Shown piece by piece: positions 9,485-20,391 of a DNA stretch of 64,000 bases. The notes under the pieces are model-generated. The model searched no databases, was not told where the DNA came from, and saw only the letters and a list, made by a program, of their open reading frames with translations. Origin of the DNA: a virus. The position numbers and the translations under genes were made by a program. How positions within the stretch are numbered: position 1 is the stretch's first letter; the number at the start of each line of letters is the position of its first letter. The stretch covers positions 39,999 through 103,998 of the IMG/VR virus record IMGVR_UViG_3300035039_000082, one strand, 5' to 3'.

Positions 9485-10072
9485 ATGTCAGGATATTACG
9501 ATGAAGTAAATCAGTTAGAAAAATTCAATATTATTCAAGAAGATCAAAAAGATATTGAATGTGATGATTCAATTTCTGTAGATGATGTATTAAATGAAAC
9601 AGAAACAAATAATAATTTAGAAGAAGAAGAGACTATTATGACAACTGCAACAGAATATCAAGAAGAAGTTCAACCTGAATTAACAGAAGTAAAACAAGAA
9701 GAAACAGAAAATGTAGAAGTCGAATCTTCAGAAGAAGAAAATATAGAATTTATTCAACCAGAATTTGTTAATGTTAAGATTAAATTTCCAACTTCGGCTA
9801 CACCTATTGATTGTGTTTCCGCTGCAACTAATTGCCGTGAAAAAATTGTAGCAGCAAATAAACAAATTAGACTATTACAAAATAGATTTTATTTTATTCC
9901 TGTAGATTGTGATGAAAGAATTGATAGTGATAATTATAGTGGAATTAAAATTTATTCAACTCAAGCAGATAAAATTGATGTAAGATATGTTAAAAATGGA
10001 TTTGCTTGTTTAATTTCTATGAAACATAATGTTAAATTGTATGATGATGAGTTGTTAGCTGTATTATATTAA
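9485..10072 (+). CDS. Hypothetical protein with acidic N-terminal region
   Basis: 195-aa ORF, Glu-rich. Confidence 0.65.
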   Translation: MSGYYDEVNQLEKFNIIQEDQKDIECDDSISVDDVLNETETNNNLEEEETIMTTATEYQEEVQPELTEVKQEETENVEVESSEEENIEFIQPEFVNVKIKFPTSATPIDCVSAATNCREKIVAANKQIRLLQNRFYFIPVDCDERIDSDNYSGIKIYSTQADKIDVRYVKNGFACLISMKHNVKLYDDELLAVLY

Positions 10073-10133
10073 TAGTTTTAAAAATATTTTTCCCTAACTA
10101 CTTTATATTTTTTAAAAAAGGAGATTTTTAAAA

Positions 10134-10583
10134 ATGTATAAAATTCCAAAAGATATTGAAATTGAAATGAATAAACTCTACCCAGATCTTGATATACAAC
10201 TTTTTATACATAATCTATTTACAAAAGTATTAGATAAAACATTTGCAGATGGAGCATGTACAATTAGAGAATTAGGGAAATTTATAACATATAAAACATA
10301 TTCAACAAAAGTTAATAATTATACTGTTAAATTAAAATTTAAAACAGCTGCTTCGATTCTTAATAGGATTAGACATGATGAATATTTATTAGAGAATGTA
10401 CCCGTTCAATCTAAATATTGTTTTACAGATTCACATAAACAAGCCTGTCAGAATCGAGCAGCTCAAAAAGCAGCAAATAAAGAAATAGCTTCTAAAGTAA
10501 AAGAAAGTGAACATAAGAAAACTAATGAGCGATTAGCAAAATATGAAATCTTAAAGGTATTAGAAGAAAAAGATAATACATGA
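10134..10583 (+). CDS. Divergent HU/IHF-like DNA-binding protein
   Basis: Helical N-terminus then GACTIRELGKF resembling the HU beta-arm start; RBS aaggag. Confidence 0.45.
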   Translation: MYKIPKDIEIEMNKLYPDLDIQLFIHNLFTKVLDKTFADGACTIRELGKFITYKTYSTKVNNYTVKLKFKTAASILNRIRHDEYLLENVPVQSKYCFTDSHKQACQNRAAQKAANKEIASKVKESEHKKTNERLAKYEILKVLEEKDNT

Positions 10584-11749
10584 GCAAACATATGAGTTGT
10601 AAAGATTTTCCTAAGTTAGGAGATTTTGTAACCAATCCAAAAGATTTTATAGGAGGTAATAAAACTCAAAAAGAAACACCAGATGGATTATTTAGTGAAC
10701 AAATATTTGGTCCAAAAAAGAATATGCAATGTTTATGTGGTAATCTAAATGGTGTTATCCATGAAAATGAAACGTGTTCTACTTGTGGAGTTTTATGCAC
10801 ATCAAATTCTATACGATCTACACAGTTTGGTAAAATTAAAACAATTTTTCCTTTTATTAAACCTAATAAACGAAAACTTATAATTAAAAGTTTAGGCAAA
10901 TTAACTAATAACATTGTAAATCCTAATCGTAATGATGTTAATTTAGATTCACAAAGATATTTAGCTTTTAAAGTAAATCGGTCTTCTATAAAAATAGTAG
11001 ATTCTTTAACACCAATCGATGATTATTTTATAATTCCTTTTAGAATTACAGGTATTTATAGTTTATATATTGCATTAAAATTTTGTGCAGATTTTTTAAA
11101 AATTTCAAAGGCTATTGAATTTTTTAAAAATAATTATATAACTGATATAATAAAAGTAATACCACCAAATCTTAGAATGTTTTCTATTGATAGTGATAAA
11201 GATGAAATTCGTACACCAGCTATAAATAAAGAATATACATCTCTATTAAATTCGAATGCATTTAATTTACCAATGTTAGAATATATAAAATTAGATGAAA
11301 AAGATTTTTTAGATCAAATTAAGATTAGTTTAAAAAATCATATTATTGATCAAGATATTTTTAATGTTCAACTTATTGAATATGATACAAAAGCGTCTGG
11401 ATATCAAAGAATTGTAAATAATATTTATGAAAATGTTTATTCTACATTATCTGGTAAACCAGGTTTAATTCGTAATAGTATATTAGGAAAAACAATAGAG
11501 TTTAGTGGCCGAACAGTAATTACTGTCGATCCTTCTTTAAAAGCATACCAAATTAAAGTTAGTAAAAAAATGTTAAAAAAATTATGGATGCCATATTTTT
11601 TACATTATTTAATTGAGTATGATGAGTTAGATGCCACTTATTGTTTTGATCGATATATGATGGACGAATTAGATAACGAAGAAGAATTAGATAAAAAATT
11701 TGATGAATTTCTTGAATGGTTTTATGATGATAACGAAGAAGGAAATTAA
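10580..11749 (+). CDS. rpoC: RNA polymerase beta' N-terminal subunit
   Basis: DGLFSEQIFGP, CLCG...CSTCGV zinc finger, KPGLIRNSILGKTIEFSGRTVI. Confidence 0.92.
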   Translation: MSKHMSCKDFPKLGDFVTNPKDFIGGNKTQKETPDGLFSEQIFGPKKNMQCLCGNLNGVIHENETCSTCGVLCTSNSIRSTQFGKIKTIFPFIKPNKRKLIIKSLGKLTNNIVNPNRNDVNLDSQRYLAFKVNRSSIKIVDSLTPIDDYFIIPFRITGIYSLYIALKFCADFLKISKAIEFFKNNYITDIIKVIPPNLRMFSIDSDKDEIRTPAINKEYTSLLNSNAFNLPMLEYIKLDEKDFLDQIKISLKNHIIDQDIFNVQLIEYDTKASGYQRIVNNIYENVYSTLSGKPGLIRNSILGKTIEFSGRTVITVDPSLKAYQIKVSKKMLKKLWMPYFLHYLIEYDELDATYCFDRYMMDELDNEEELDKKFDEFLEWFYDDNEEGN

Positions 11750-11752
11750 AAT

Positions 11753-12226
11753 ATGACAGATTTTAATAATGTATCTTACGAAAATCCTTTATTATGTTCG
11801 AATTTTATATCTGAATTTTATATTCCTTATTTTAATAGTAATGACATTATGAGATATAACGAAAAAATTGAATATGATTTAGTATCTAATAAAGTTATAG
11901 CAAATTTTATTGGATACGAACAAGGTAATTTTGAAAAATTTATTAATAATATTAAAAAAGAAAATATTGAATTTTTTGGAATTTACCCATTAAAAAACCC
12001 ATCAAGTATAGAATTTGATAAATATTATATTTCATGTGTTTTTGGTAGTTTAGAACAATATTATTCACGTTTTGATTTATCTAAAAACGATGTATTAAGA
12101 GGCGAAATAGAATTAAAATTCTATGATATAAAAATTATACAAAAAAATGAAAAATTTGATAATATTCGATATTTAGATCAAGTTCATAAAATGATATATG
12201 AAAAAATTCTATTTAAAAAACTTTAA
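11753..12226 (+). CDS. Hypothetical protein
   Basis: 157-aa ORF. Confidence 0.6.
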   Translation: MTDFNNVSYENPLLCSNFISEFYIPYFNSNDIMRYNEKIEYDLVSNKVIANFIGYEQGNFEKFINNIKKENIEFFGIYPLKNPSSIEFDKYYISCVFGSLEQYYSRFDLSKNDVLRGEIELKFYDIKIIQKNEKFDNIRYLDQVHKMIYEKILFKKL

Positions 12227-12248
12227 TTGATGAGGAAAACTAAAAAAT

Positions 12249-12725
12249 ATGCCAGAAAATACAATACTTGAATTTAAAGGAGAATATAAATTTTTATCGA
12301 ATTTTTATTATTCTCCATTCATATTTAATAATATAAGATTTCCAACTAATGAACATTTCTTTCAAGTGAATAAAACCATAAATAAAGATGAATTTCAATA
12401 TATATTAGATTCTGAAACTCCAGCAATTGCTAAAAGAAGAGGTAAAGAAATTAATATTGATCCAAATTGGGATAATATTAAAAATAGAGTGATGTATATT
12501 GGTGTATATAATAAGTTCACTCAAAATAATAAATTAAAATATATGCTAATTAATACAGAAAATGCTGAATTAATTGAAGGGAATTATTGGAACGACAGAT
12601 ATTGGGGAATTTGTTTGAAGACTAATGAAGGCGAAAATCATTTAGGTAAAATTTTAATGAGTGTAAGACGATTTTTAGATTATGAATCTTTTGTAACATC
12701 TCGTTTAAATACTATTATAAATTAA
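12249..12725 (+). CDS. NADAR (YbiA-like) family protein
   Basis: FLSNFY, NEHFFQ, AKRRGK, KFTQN, LIEGNYWNDRYWG, GENHLGKILM. Confidence 0.92.
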   Translation: MPENTILEFKGEYKFLSNFYYSPFIFNNIRFPTNEHFFQVNKTINKDEFQYILDSETPAIAKRRGKEINIDPNWDNIKNRVMYIGVYNKFTQNNKLKYMLINTENAELIEGNYWNDRYWGICLKTNEGENHLGKILMSVRRFLDYESFVTSRLNTIIN

Positions 12726-12735
12726 GGAGAAATTA

Positions 12736-12966
12736 ATGGATCCAATGTTTAAAGACCTTAATCAAACTATTAATAATTTTGAAAATGAACTTAAATTTCG
12801 AAAAGAAGAAAACTCTTTAGAAAAACAATTAGCTGAAACTAAATTTAGAACTAAACAAGAGACAATTAGTTATTTTGAAAAACATTTAGATTATATTAAA
12901 CAAAAATTTAATCTTCTTTTAGTTGAACAACCAGATATAAAAAAAGAAAATTTAGAAGAGGAGTAA
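12736..12966 (+). CDS. Small hypothetical protein
   Basis: RBS aaggag, 76 aa. Confidence 0.6.
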   Translation: MDPMFKDLNQTINNFENELKFRKEENSLEKQLAETKFRTKQETISYFEKHLDYIKQKFNLLLVEQPDIKKENLEEE

Positions 12967-12967
12967 T

Positions 12968-13942
12968 TTGACACCGGAAGCTAAAAGATTAAATAGATTA
13001 TGTTATTTAAATCGTCAACCAAGTCTTTGGCGCCATAGTGTTCCATGTGTAGAGATTATTCCCGGAGATGATAATGATCTTTCTATAGGATTGTCTCCAT
13101 TAATTTTGGAGCCTATGAATGCTGATCATGATGGTGATGAATTAGCGTTATATGTTATTAATGATCAACAAGCATTAAAAGAAATGGAAGAAAAAGCTTT
13201 TTTAAAGAATTCTTTCTTTTATGATTCTGATGGCTCTATGCTAACGACAGTTAGACATGAAGCATTATATGCTTGTTATATTTTAACAGAAACAACAGAA
13301 CCAAATTTTGAAAATTTTGAAATTATTAAAATATCTGAGTTAAAAGATTTGCCTGAAGATTTTGATTATTGGAATAATTATTTAAAATGTCCAATTAAAT
13401 TTAAAGATAAATATTATACTTATGGTGTTTGTTTGTTAAATAAATGGATGAAATTAGAAGATATTTTAATTAATCAACCAATTACAAAGAAACAAACGGA
13501 TGATATTAGTCGAATTATCTATAAAATCCATAAAGACAAATTTCATGATGTTATTACAGAATTAAATAAAAAATTATATTTCTTTATATCTACTACTGAT
13601 TTTAATCCAACAATTGATGTTGATGAAATGGTTAATATGGTAGATGATAATACTGAAAAATTATTTAAAAAACTACCTGATAGTAATGTTGAATTAGGTT
13701 ATTATATTAATAATGCTTTGGTTGATCGCTGTATTCAAAATATGAATCATAAATCTAGTCTTTATAGATTATATAGATCTGGAAGTCGTATGAGTAAACA
13801 ACAATTAGCTAGAACATGTATTAATGTTGGATATGTTGCTGATGCAAAAAATGTAATTATCCAAGATCCAATTTGTACTAATTTAATGATTGGGCTAGAT
13901 GAGAATGATTACTTTAAGTCGTCACCAGGAGCCAGGAAGGGT
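12968..13942 (+). CDS. rpoC: RNA polymerase beta' C-terminal (catalytic) subunit, exon 1
   Basis: LNRQPSL, catalytic loop NADHDGD, ends SPGARKG; TTG start with RBS gaggag. Confidence 0.92.
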
Positions 13943-14528
13943 AAATAATAATGCTCTTCTAAAACTTATCTATATGCTAGAAACTCCTTAGAGCTTTTAA
14001 TACTTTATAACAGGTTTATAAAGTCAAAATTTAAAAGATTGGACAATTAGCAGATAAGATTGTTTATAAACAAAAATCTCAGAGACTATACGATAAGGTG
14101 AAAAAGAATGATTCATCCTCAATATATACTTGGTATATTTGATTCTAAATTAGGTAAATTTGAAATTAAAAAATATAATACTTGTTATAAGTTTAGAATA
14201 TTGATTTATAATTCAGATATTAAAGTATTATATAAAGTTAAAAATCGATTTAAAATTGGTAAAGTTAAATTCATAGAAGATAAACAATTATTTGTATTAG
14301 TTATAGATAAACAATTAGATATATTGATTAACTTTTTTGAAAAAAATAAATTACTAACATATCAAGGAGTATTATTTAAAAAGTTTGCGTATTTATATAA
14401 AAAATTAATAATAAAAGATTCTAATATTTCTGAAAAGGAATTAAGAAGAATAATTAATAAATTACATTATTTTTTATAGTTTTCACAAGATATAGTCCAT
14501 TTGTTATAGAAATATAACATGTTTAATG
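13943..14528 (+). mobile_element. Group I intron 2
   Basis: P1 aagggt/gctctt, P tatgctagaaa, Q aattagcag, R cagagacta, S agatatagtcc, ends taatG; splicing gives GARKG-IIDKADSTPQSGYLER. Confidence 0.92.
14108..14479 (+). CDS. Intron-encoded single-motif LAGLIDADG-like endonuclease, possibly degenerate
   Basis: QYILGIFDSKLGKF motif; ORF lies between R and S. Confidence 0.65.
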   Translation: MIHPQYILGIFDSKLGKFEIKKYNTCYKFRILIYNSDIKVLYKVKNRFKIGKVKFIEDKQLFVLVIDKQLDILINFFEKNKLLTYQGVLFKKFAYLYKKLIIKDSNISEKELRRIINKLHYFL

Positions 14529-14916
14529 ATTATTGATAAGGCGGACTCAACTCCGCAGTCCGGGTATTTAGAACGCACTATGACAATGGCACTTGGTATC
14601 GTTGAAATAGTAGAAGAAGATTGTGGGACAGATCATTGTATTGAATTTATAGTATTTAGTAAAAAACATGCAAAAAGTTTAGTTGGTAAATATTATAAAG
14701 ATCCATTACAAAATTTAGATTGGCGAGTTTTAGACTTGGAAACGGCAAATTCTTTAATTAATAAAAAGATTTATATTCGATCGCCAATGACATGTCAAAC
14801 TCCAAATTTTAGAGTTTGTCAAAAATGTTTTGGTGCTAGAGAATTTCCAACGAAATATGTTGGTGTGTGTGCTGGTCAAATTGTTTCTGAACGTTTGACG
14901 CAGTTAATAATGCGAT
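14529..14916 (+). CDS. rpoC: RNA polymerase beta' C-terminal subunit, exon 2
   Basis: SGYLER, EDCGT, RSPMTC..VCQKCFG, VGVCAGQIVSERLTQLIMR. Confidence 0.92.
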
Positions 14917-15195
14917 TAAAACAATGGTCGCTTCTAAGAGTAATCTTAGTTGAAAAATTCTTTGAATTCAGGGGACATCTAAGGTATTTAAAAATACTAT
15001 GACAATCCTGATCCAAGCTCTTTTATAAAGAGAAGGTGCAGAGACTATCCTGAAAAGGAGTACACTCAAGTGAGTGGAAGTAGAGAATATCCTTAATTAT
15101 TAAGGATAATGATATAGTCCAATCTATATAGAAATATATAGCAGAAAGATTAAATTCTTTCGGGACAAAATTAACGACTTTGTCTGAATATAATG
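14917..15195 (+). mobile_element. Group I intron 3 (no ORF)
   Basis: P1 gcgat/gtcgc, P gaattcagggga, Q aatcctga, R cagagacta, S gatatagtcc, ends taatG; splicing gives LIMR-S-FHTSG (trigger loop). Confidence 0.92.
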
Positions 15196-15797
15196 CATTT
15201 CACACATCAGGTTCGGCAACACTCGTAATAGACAACAATTTAAATAATTTTATTAAAGATAATTTAATAAATATTGTAACAGACAAAAACAAAAAGAAAT
15301 ATACTTTAATTTTTAAGACAGATCAAATCCCAGAAAAAATTGAAGAAATTAATGGGTTTGATGAAATCGATGAAAATAAAGTTATTTTTGATTATTATAC
15401 AGAAGCAGTTAAAAATACTGATGCTATTTCTGTGATGAATAATATTAAAAAAATATTAAAAACAGATAATCATGTAAAAGAGCATCCTGTTAAATATTAT
15501 GAAGATATTATGACACATTTATTAAATGTGGGTACACCATATTCAAGTTTTATTGAAGTGATGTTATGTAATATGTTTTTATCGGATAAAGATACAAAAG
15601 AATTTTGGCGATATAATTGTGATAAGAAAGCTGTGAAAAAATTTGGAGATAAAAATTTAGCTATTAATCTTTCTTCAACATTAGGATGTTTATATCAACC
15701 TAATAAAAATACATTACAAAATATTGGATCTTTTGAAGATTTAAATATTGATAACCTTTCTATTCATGAAAAATTATGGATTGGGAAATATGATTGA
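15196..15797 (+). CDS. rpoC: RNA polymerase beta' C-terminal subunit, exon 3
   Basis: FHTSG onward; spliced CDS is 1965 nt in frame (654 aa). Confidence 0.88.
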
Positions 15798-16089
15798 TAA
15801 AAATAATGGAATATTATTTATTATTTTAAATAATATTCCATTACTAACAAAAAATAATAATTTTGGAGAACAAAAAATGTCAATAGATCTTTTAGATACA
15901 ATAACAAATTCAGTAAAAAGTTTCACATCAGCAGATCATAATATGGTTGAAGATAGTTTAATCGATTCATATTTTAGAGGAGATATTTGTGATATTGAAG
16001 ATAGATTGCAAAAAAAATTTTTTCGAAAATATAGTCAGATTAACCCAGGCCAATGTTCAATAGATATTGACTTTAATTATGAATATTAA
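15748..16089 (+). CDS. Hypothetical protein (start probably ATG 15877)
   Basis: RBS ggag precedes 15877. Confidence 0.5.
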   Translation: MITFLFMKNYGLGNMIDKNNGILFIILNNIPLLTKNNNFGEQKMSIDLLDTITNSVKSFTSADHNMVEDSLIDSYFRGDICDIEDRLQKKFFRKYSQINPGQCSIDIDFNYEY

Positions 16090-16091
16090 CA

Positions 16092-16286
16092 ATGTCATCA
16101 AGACTTGCTTACGTTCAATATTCTGAAAAAATTTCATATTCGACATATCAAGAATTAGACGAAAAAATTAATAAACTAAAAGCGTCTTCTGAATTTCCAA
16201 TTAATATTGAACCAACAACTCCTAATTATACAGATACTAATAATTGGTGTTTAGTTAATTATTGGAAAGAAGAGATCTTACATTGA
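16092..16286 (+). CDS. Small hypothetical protein
   Basis: 64-aa ORF in operon context. Confidence 0.5.
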   Translation: MSSRLAYVQYSEKISYSTYQELDEKINKLKASSEFPINIEPTTPNYTDTNNWCLVNYWKEEILH

Positions 16287-16320
16287 ATTTTGCCGCTTAC
16301 AGAAAAGGAGAAAATAACTA

Positions 16321-16749
16321 ATGACTAAAAAGAAAACAGTTAAAGTACCACCACCTTTTGTTAAAAATATTAAAACTGATATATCAAAAATCATTTCTAT
16401 TGTTAAAGGTATGGGTTTTAAATTTACAAAACACGAAGAAGATAATTTAATAGTTATTCAATGTGAACGCGAACTTCAAATAGTTATTGAAGATAATAAA
16501 ATATTTTTAACTATGGATTCTTTATTGTGTCCTAAAAAAGTATTTGATTTATCATTATCATTATTTCAAAATAATATTGATATATATAGTACTGCTATTG
16601 TTCATCAATTGCCAAATGGTGAACTTTTAACTGGAGAAGAAGCTTGTGATGGTAGACATTCTTTATTTGATTTTATAGATAGTGTTTTGACAATGACTGA
16701 AAAAGATGATTTATTAAATTCAATATCTGAAAAAACAACAATTCATTAG
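16321..16749 (+). CDS. Hypothetical protein
   Basis: RBS aaggag; GCCGCTT motif upstream. Confidence 0.65.
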   Translation: MTKKKTVKVPPPFVKNIKTDISKIISIVKGMGFKFTKHEEDNLIVIQCERELQIVIEDNKIFLTMDSLLCPKKVFDLSLSLFQNNIDIYSTAIVHQLPNGELLTGEEACDGRHSLFDFIDSVLTMTEKDDLLNSISEKTTIH

Positions 16750-16787
16750 ATTTAATTTTTTGCCGCTTACAAAAAAGGTTTTAAAAA

Positions 16788-17216
16788 ATGAAAACAATAA
16801 AAGTTTATACTGATGGAGCTTGTTCAGGAAATCCTGGAAAGGCAGGTATTGGAATTGTTCTTATTTACCAAGATAATACAATTGAAAAGATATCTCAATA
16901 CATAGGAGATAATCAAACAAATAATATTGCAGAATTAACAGCAATATTAGTAGCTTTGCAAACTATTAAAGATAAAACATGTAAAGTAATTATACATTCT
17001 GATAGTTTATATTCAATTAATGTTTTAACTGGAAAATCAAATGCTAATAAAAATAAAGATTTAATTAAAATTATTAAATCCCAATTAGCTAAATTTAAAT
17101 CTTCAGTTGAATTTGTAAAAGTACCTGCACATTCAAATGATAAATATAATAATATAGCAGATAATTTAGCTGTAACTGCAATTAAAACTTCAAAAAATAT
17201 AAATGATTATATTTAA
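16788..17216 (+). CDS. rnhA: Ribonuclease HI
   Basis: YTDGACSGNPG, TNNIAEL, HSDS, VPAHS..YNNIAD. Confidence 0.95.
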   Translation: MKTIKVYTDGACSGNPGKAGIGIVLIYQDNTIEKISQYIGDNQTNNIAELTAILVALQTIKDKTCKVIIHSDSLYSINVLTGKSNANKNKDLIKIIKSQLAKFKSSVEFVKVPAHSNDKYNNIADNLAVTAIKTSKNINDYI

Positions 17217-17234
17217 AAAGGGAATATTAATATA

Positions 17235-19061
17235 ATGCCTGATGTAACTTATATCGTTAAAAATTTAGAAAATGAAATTAAGTTTCATAATTACAAATAT
17301 TGGATTGAAAATGATCCAGTAATTAGTGATGAAAAATATGATTATTTAATGAATGAATTAGCTGAAAAAGATCCAAATAATTCTCTTTTAAAATTTAAAG
17401 GAGGAGTTAGATTAAATTTACCTAAAGTTAAACATGAAGAAGCAATGTTGTCTTTAGACAAGGTTTATTCAGTTGAACATTTATTACAATGGGCTAAAAA
17501 AGTAGCTAGAAATGAAAGTGAATTATTTCTATTAGAACCAAAATATGATGGGATTGCAGCTAAATTAGATCGACAATTTTCAATTTTATCTACATCTGGT
17601 GATACTGGATATGAAGGTGAAAATATTACAAATAAAACACCTTTAATTAATTTTAGATTAAGTGAAAAATCTAAAAATTTAAGATTTATTAAAGGTGAAA
17701 TAATTTTTGATAAAATTACATTTGAAGAAAAAAAAGATACTATTTTACGAAAGAATGGTAAACCTTATAAAATTCCAAGAAGTGCTGTAGTTGGACTATT
17801 ATCAAATGATAATATTGATGCAACTATTGGAAAAGTTTTAACATTTGTTGATTATAATTGGTATTCAAATGAATTTGATTTAAATCAATTAAAGTTAATC
17901 GATTGGGATGAATATATTAAAATAATGAGAAATTGGTATTGTCCTTTAGATGGATTAGTTTTGAAATTAAAAGATAAAGAATATTTTAACTCTTTAGGAT
18001 TTACATCTCATCATTATAAAGGTCAAATGGCATTAAAATTTGGAAATCCAACTGGTATTACTATATTAAAAGACATTGAATTACATAGTGGTAAACAATC
18101 AATTACTCCAGTAGGTATAATTGAAAAAGTTGTAATTGATGGTATTGATAACAGTAGAACATCATTACATAATTGGAAATATGTAATTGATAAACAAATT
18201 AATGTTGGTGATACTATTGAAATTGAGAGATGTGGTGAAATTATTCCGCAATTTAAAAGAATTGTTAAAAAAACTGAAAAACCTAAAACTATTGATCCAA
18301 TTTGTCCAGATTGTGGTAGTCAATTAATTTATGATGAACCTAATTTAAAATGTATTAATAAATTATGTTATGGTAGATTAATTCGAGTTTTATCAGATGC
18401 AGTTGTACGAATTGGTATTGAAGAATTAGGACGTGGTACTATTAAAAAATTAGTATTAGAGAAGCATATTAAAACATTAAGAGAAATTTTAAATTTGACT
18501 TATGATGATGTCGTTACGTTATCAGGTTTTGCAACTCAATCTGCAATGAATTTGATTAATGAAATTAGAAAAGTAAAAGATAATCCAGTTCATGATTATA
18601 ATATATTAGCAAGTTTTAATATTTCTGGAATTGGAACAACATTAAGTAAAAAAATATTAAAACATTATACTTTAAAAGAATTAATGAATTTATCTGTTGA
18701 TGATTTACAATTATTAGAACAAATTGGTCCTGAAAGAGCAATATTAATTGAAGGATATTTAAGAGAATCAAAAGATTCTGTTGAACAAATTTTAAGTGAA
18801 TTAATAATTAAAGAATCTAAAAATATAGAATCTAAAAACACTTTAAAAATTTGTTTTACTGGATCTAATCCATTAAAAAGAGATGAATGGGTTAAAATTG
18901 CAGAAAAGAATGGATTTGAATATATTAAATCAGTTACTAAAGAATTAAATATTTTAGTGACAGATGATATTAATAGTAGTTCAAATAAGAATAAGAAAGC
19001 TCAAAAATATGGATGTAAGATAATTACTTATCAACAATTTACTAATTTAATTAAAAGTTAA
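17235..19061 (+). CDS. ligA: NAD-dependent DNA ligase
   Basis: YWIENDPVISDEKYD, EPKYDG, DGLVLK, CPDCGS zinc finger, C-terminal BRCT. Confidence 0.95.
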   Translation: MPDVTYIVKNLENEIKFHNYKYWIENDPVISDEKYDYLMNELAEKDPNNSLLKFKGGVRLNLPKVKHEEAMLSLDKVYSVEHLLQWAKKVARNESELFLLEPKYDGIAAKLDRQFSILSTSGDTGYEGENITNKTPLINFRLSEKSKNLRFIKGEIIFDKITFEEKKDTILRKNGKPYKIPRSAVVGLLSNDNIDATIGKVLTFVDYNWYSNEFDLNQLKLIDWDEYIKIMRNWYCPLDGLVLKLKDKEYFNSLGFTSHHYKGQMALKFGNPTGITILKDIELHSGKQSITPVGIIEKVVIDGIDNSRTSLHNWKYVIDKQINVGDTIEIERCGEIIPQFKRIVKKTEKPKTIDPICPDCGSQLIYDEPNLKCINKLCYGRLIRVLSDAVVRIGIEELGRGTIKKLVLEKHIKTLREILNLTYDDVVTLSGFATQSAMNLINEIRKVKDNPVHDYNILASFNISGIGTTLSKKILKHYTLKELMNLSVDDLQLLEQIGPERAILIEGYLRESKDSVEQILSELIIKESKNIESKNTLKICFTGSNPLKRDEWVKIAEKNGFEYIKSVTKELNILVTDDINSSSNKNKKAQKYGCKIITYQQFTNLIKS

Positions 19062-19117
19062 TTAAGGAAGCTGCAAAATTTTTAATAATAATCTAAATTT
19101 TGCCGCTTACAAAAGAA

Positions 19118-19782
19118 ATGAATAAACCAATTAAATTTGTAGAGTCATTTCATAAAAAACATATTAATCAATCTGGAATTATAATAGGAGGTGGATTATC
19201 ACTTAAACAATTATTAGATAATAATTATCCATTTGATAAATTAAATAATTATATTAAATTAGGATTAAATGTATCATTTAAATTTATAAATACAGATTAT
19301 TTATTATTTTCAGATACGTATATTTGGAATAACTATTATAAAGAGATAAAAGAATTAAATATTCCTGTATTTACTAATTTAATACCAGAAGATAAAAGGA
19401 TTAAATATCCATTTCCTAATGATATTATTCATATTTATTCAAATAATAGCATATTTTTTCCATTAATTAAAGGAGATATTAGATGTAATAATTCAGGTTC
19501 ATCAGGACTTTCATTATTACATTATTTTGGTATTAAAAAAATTTACTTATTTGGATTTGATTTAATTGTAACAAATGACAATATTAAGAATTTTCATAAT
19601 GAATATGATGATAAGAAAAAAGAAAAGAAATTAGTTGAATGTAATTTAAATTCTTTTTATATTAATTTAAAAAAATTATAGAACTTTTAAATCATAAATA
19701 TAAAATTCAAGTTATTTCATGTTCTGAAAATTCAAAATTAAATAAAATCATTTCTTATAAGTCACCTTTTGAATTATTTTAA
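19118..19782 (+). pseudogene. MAF/DUF115-like (CMP-sugar transferase-like) protein split by a -1 frameshift in TTTAAAAAAA
   Basis: IIGGGLS, LGLN, NNSGSSGL..LHYFGIKKIYLFGFDL; -1 frame continues IIELLNHKYKIQVISCSENSKL to 19782. Confidence 0.6.
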
Positions 19783-19821
19783 AAACTAAACCGTTACATC
19801 TGAATAGGAGCAAAATATATA

Positions 19822-20250
19822 ATGAGTTCTTGCAAAAATTTGGTTTTACTTATTGGTCATGTTGGTAGTGACCCTGAAGATCTTAATGATAATGTAGTTA
19901 GTGTTAAATTTCACTTATTTACAAATAAATCATTTTTCAGTACAAAAAAGAATCAATTTATTCAAACTTCTGAACGACATCTAATTAAAGCTTGGAAACA
20001 AGATGCTGAATATGCTAGAAATAATATTATGAAAGGTGATTATGTTTTCGTTATGGGAGAATTACATTATCATATTGTTAATGTAGAAAATCGAAAAATT
20101 GTTAACACTGAAATTATAGCTAATCAAGTAATTAAATTAAATAAAAAAGAAGCTTCTATTGAATTAAAATTATTTGATGCTATTGAAGAAAATACAAAAT
20201 TAAAAGAAATTCTTAAAGAACATAATATAGAATTTCCTATTGAAAATTAA
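19822..20250 (+). CDS. ssb: Single-stranded DNA-binding protein
   Basis: NLVLLIGHVGSDPE, KGDYVFVMGEL, TEIIANQV. Confidence 0.85.
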   Translation: MSSCKNLVLLIGHVGSDPEDLNDNVVSVKFHLFTNKSFFSTKKNQFIQTSERHLIKAWKQDAEYARNNIMKGDYVFVMGELHYHIVNVENRKIVNTEIIANQVIKLNKKEASIELKLFDAIEENTKLKEILKEHNIEFPIEN

Positions 20251-20391
20251 ATAATTCGTTATGTGAGAATATTAATATATTTTAATATTCTCACATATTT
20301 ATTTGCTTTTCATATTCTTAAATTATATATATAAATATTATTAATATATTTATATTTTTTTAATTTTAAGAATAAAGGAGGATATGAGTGC

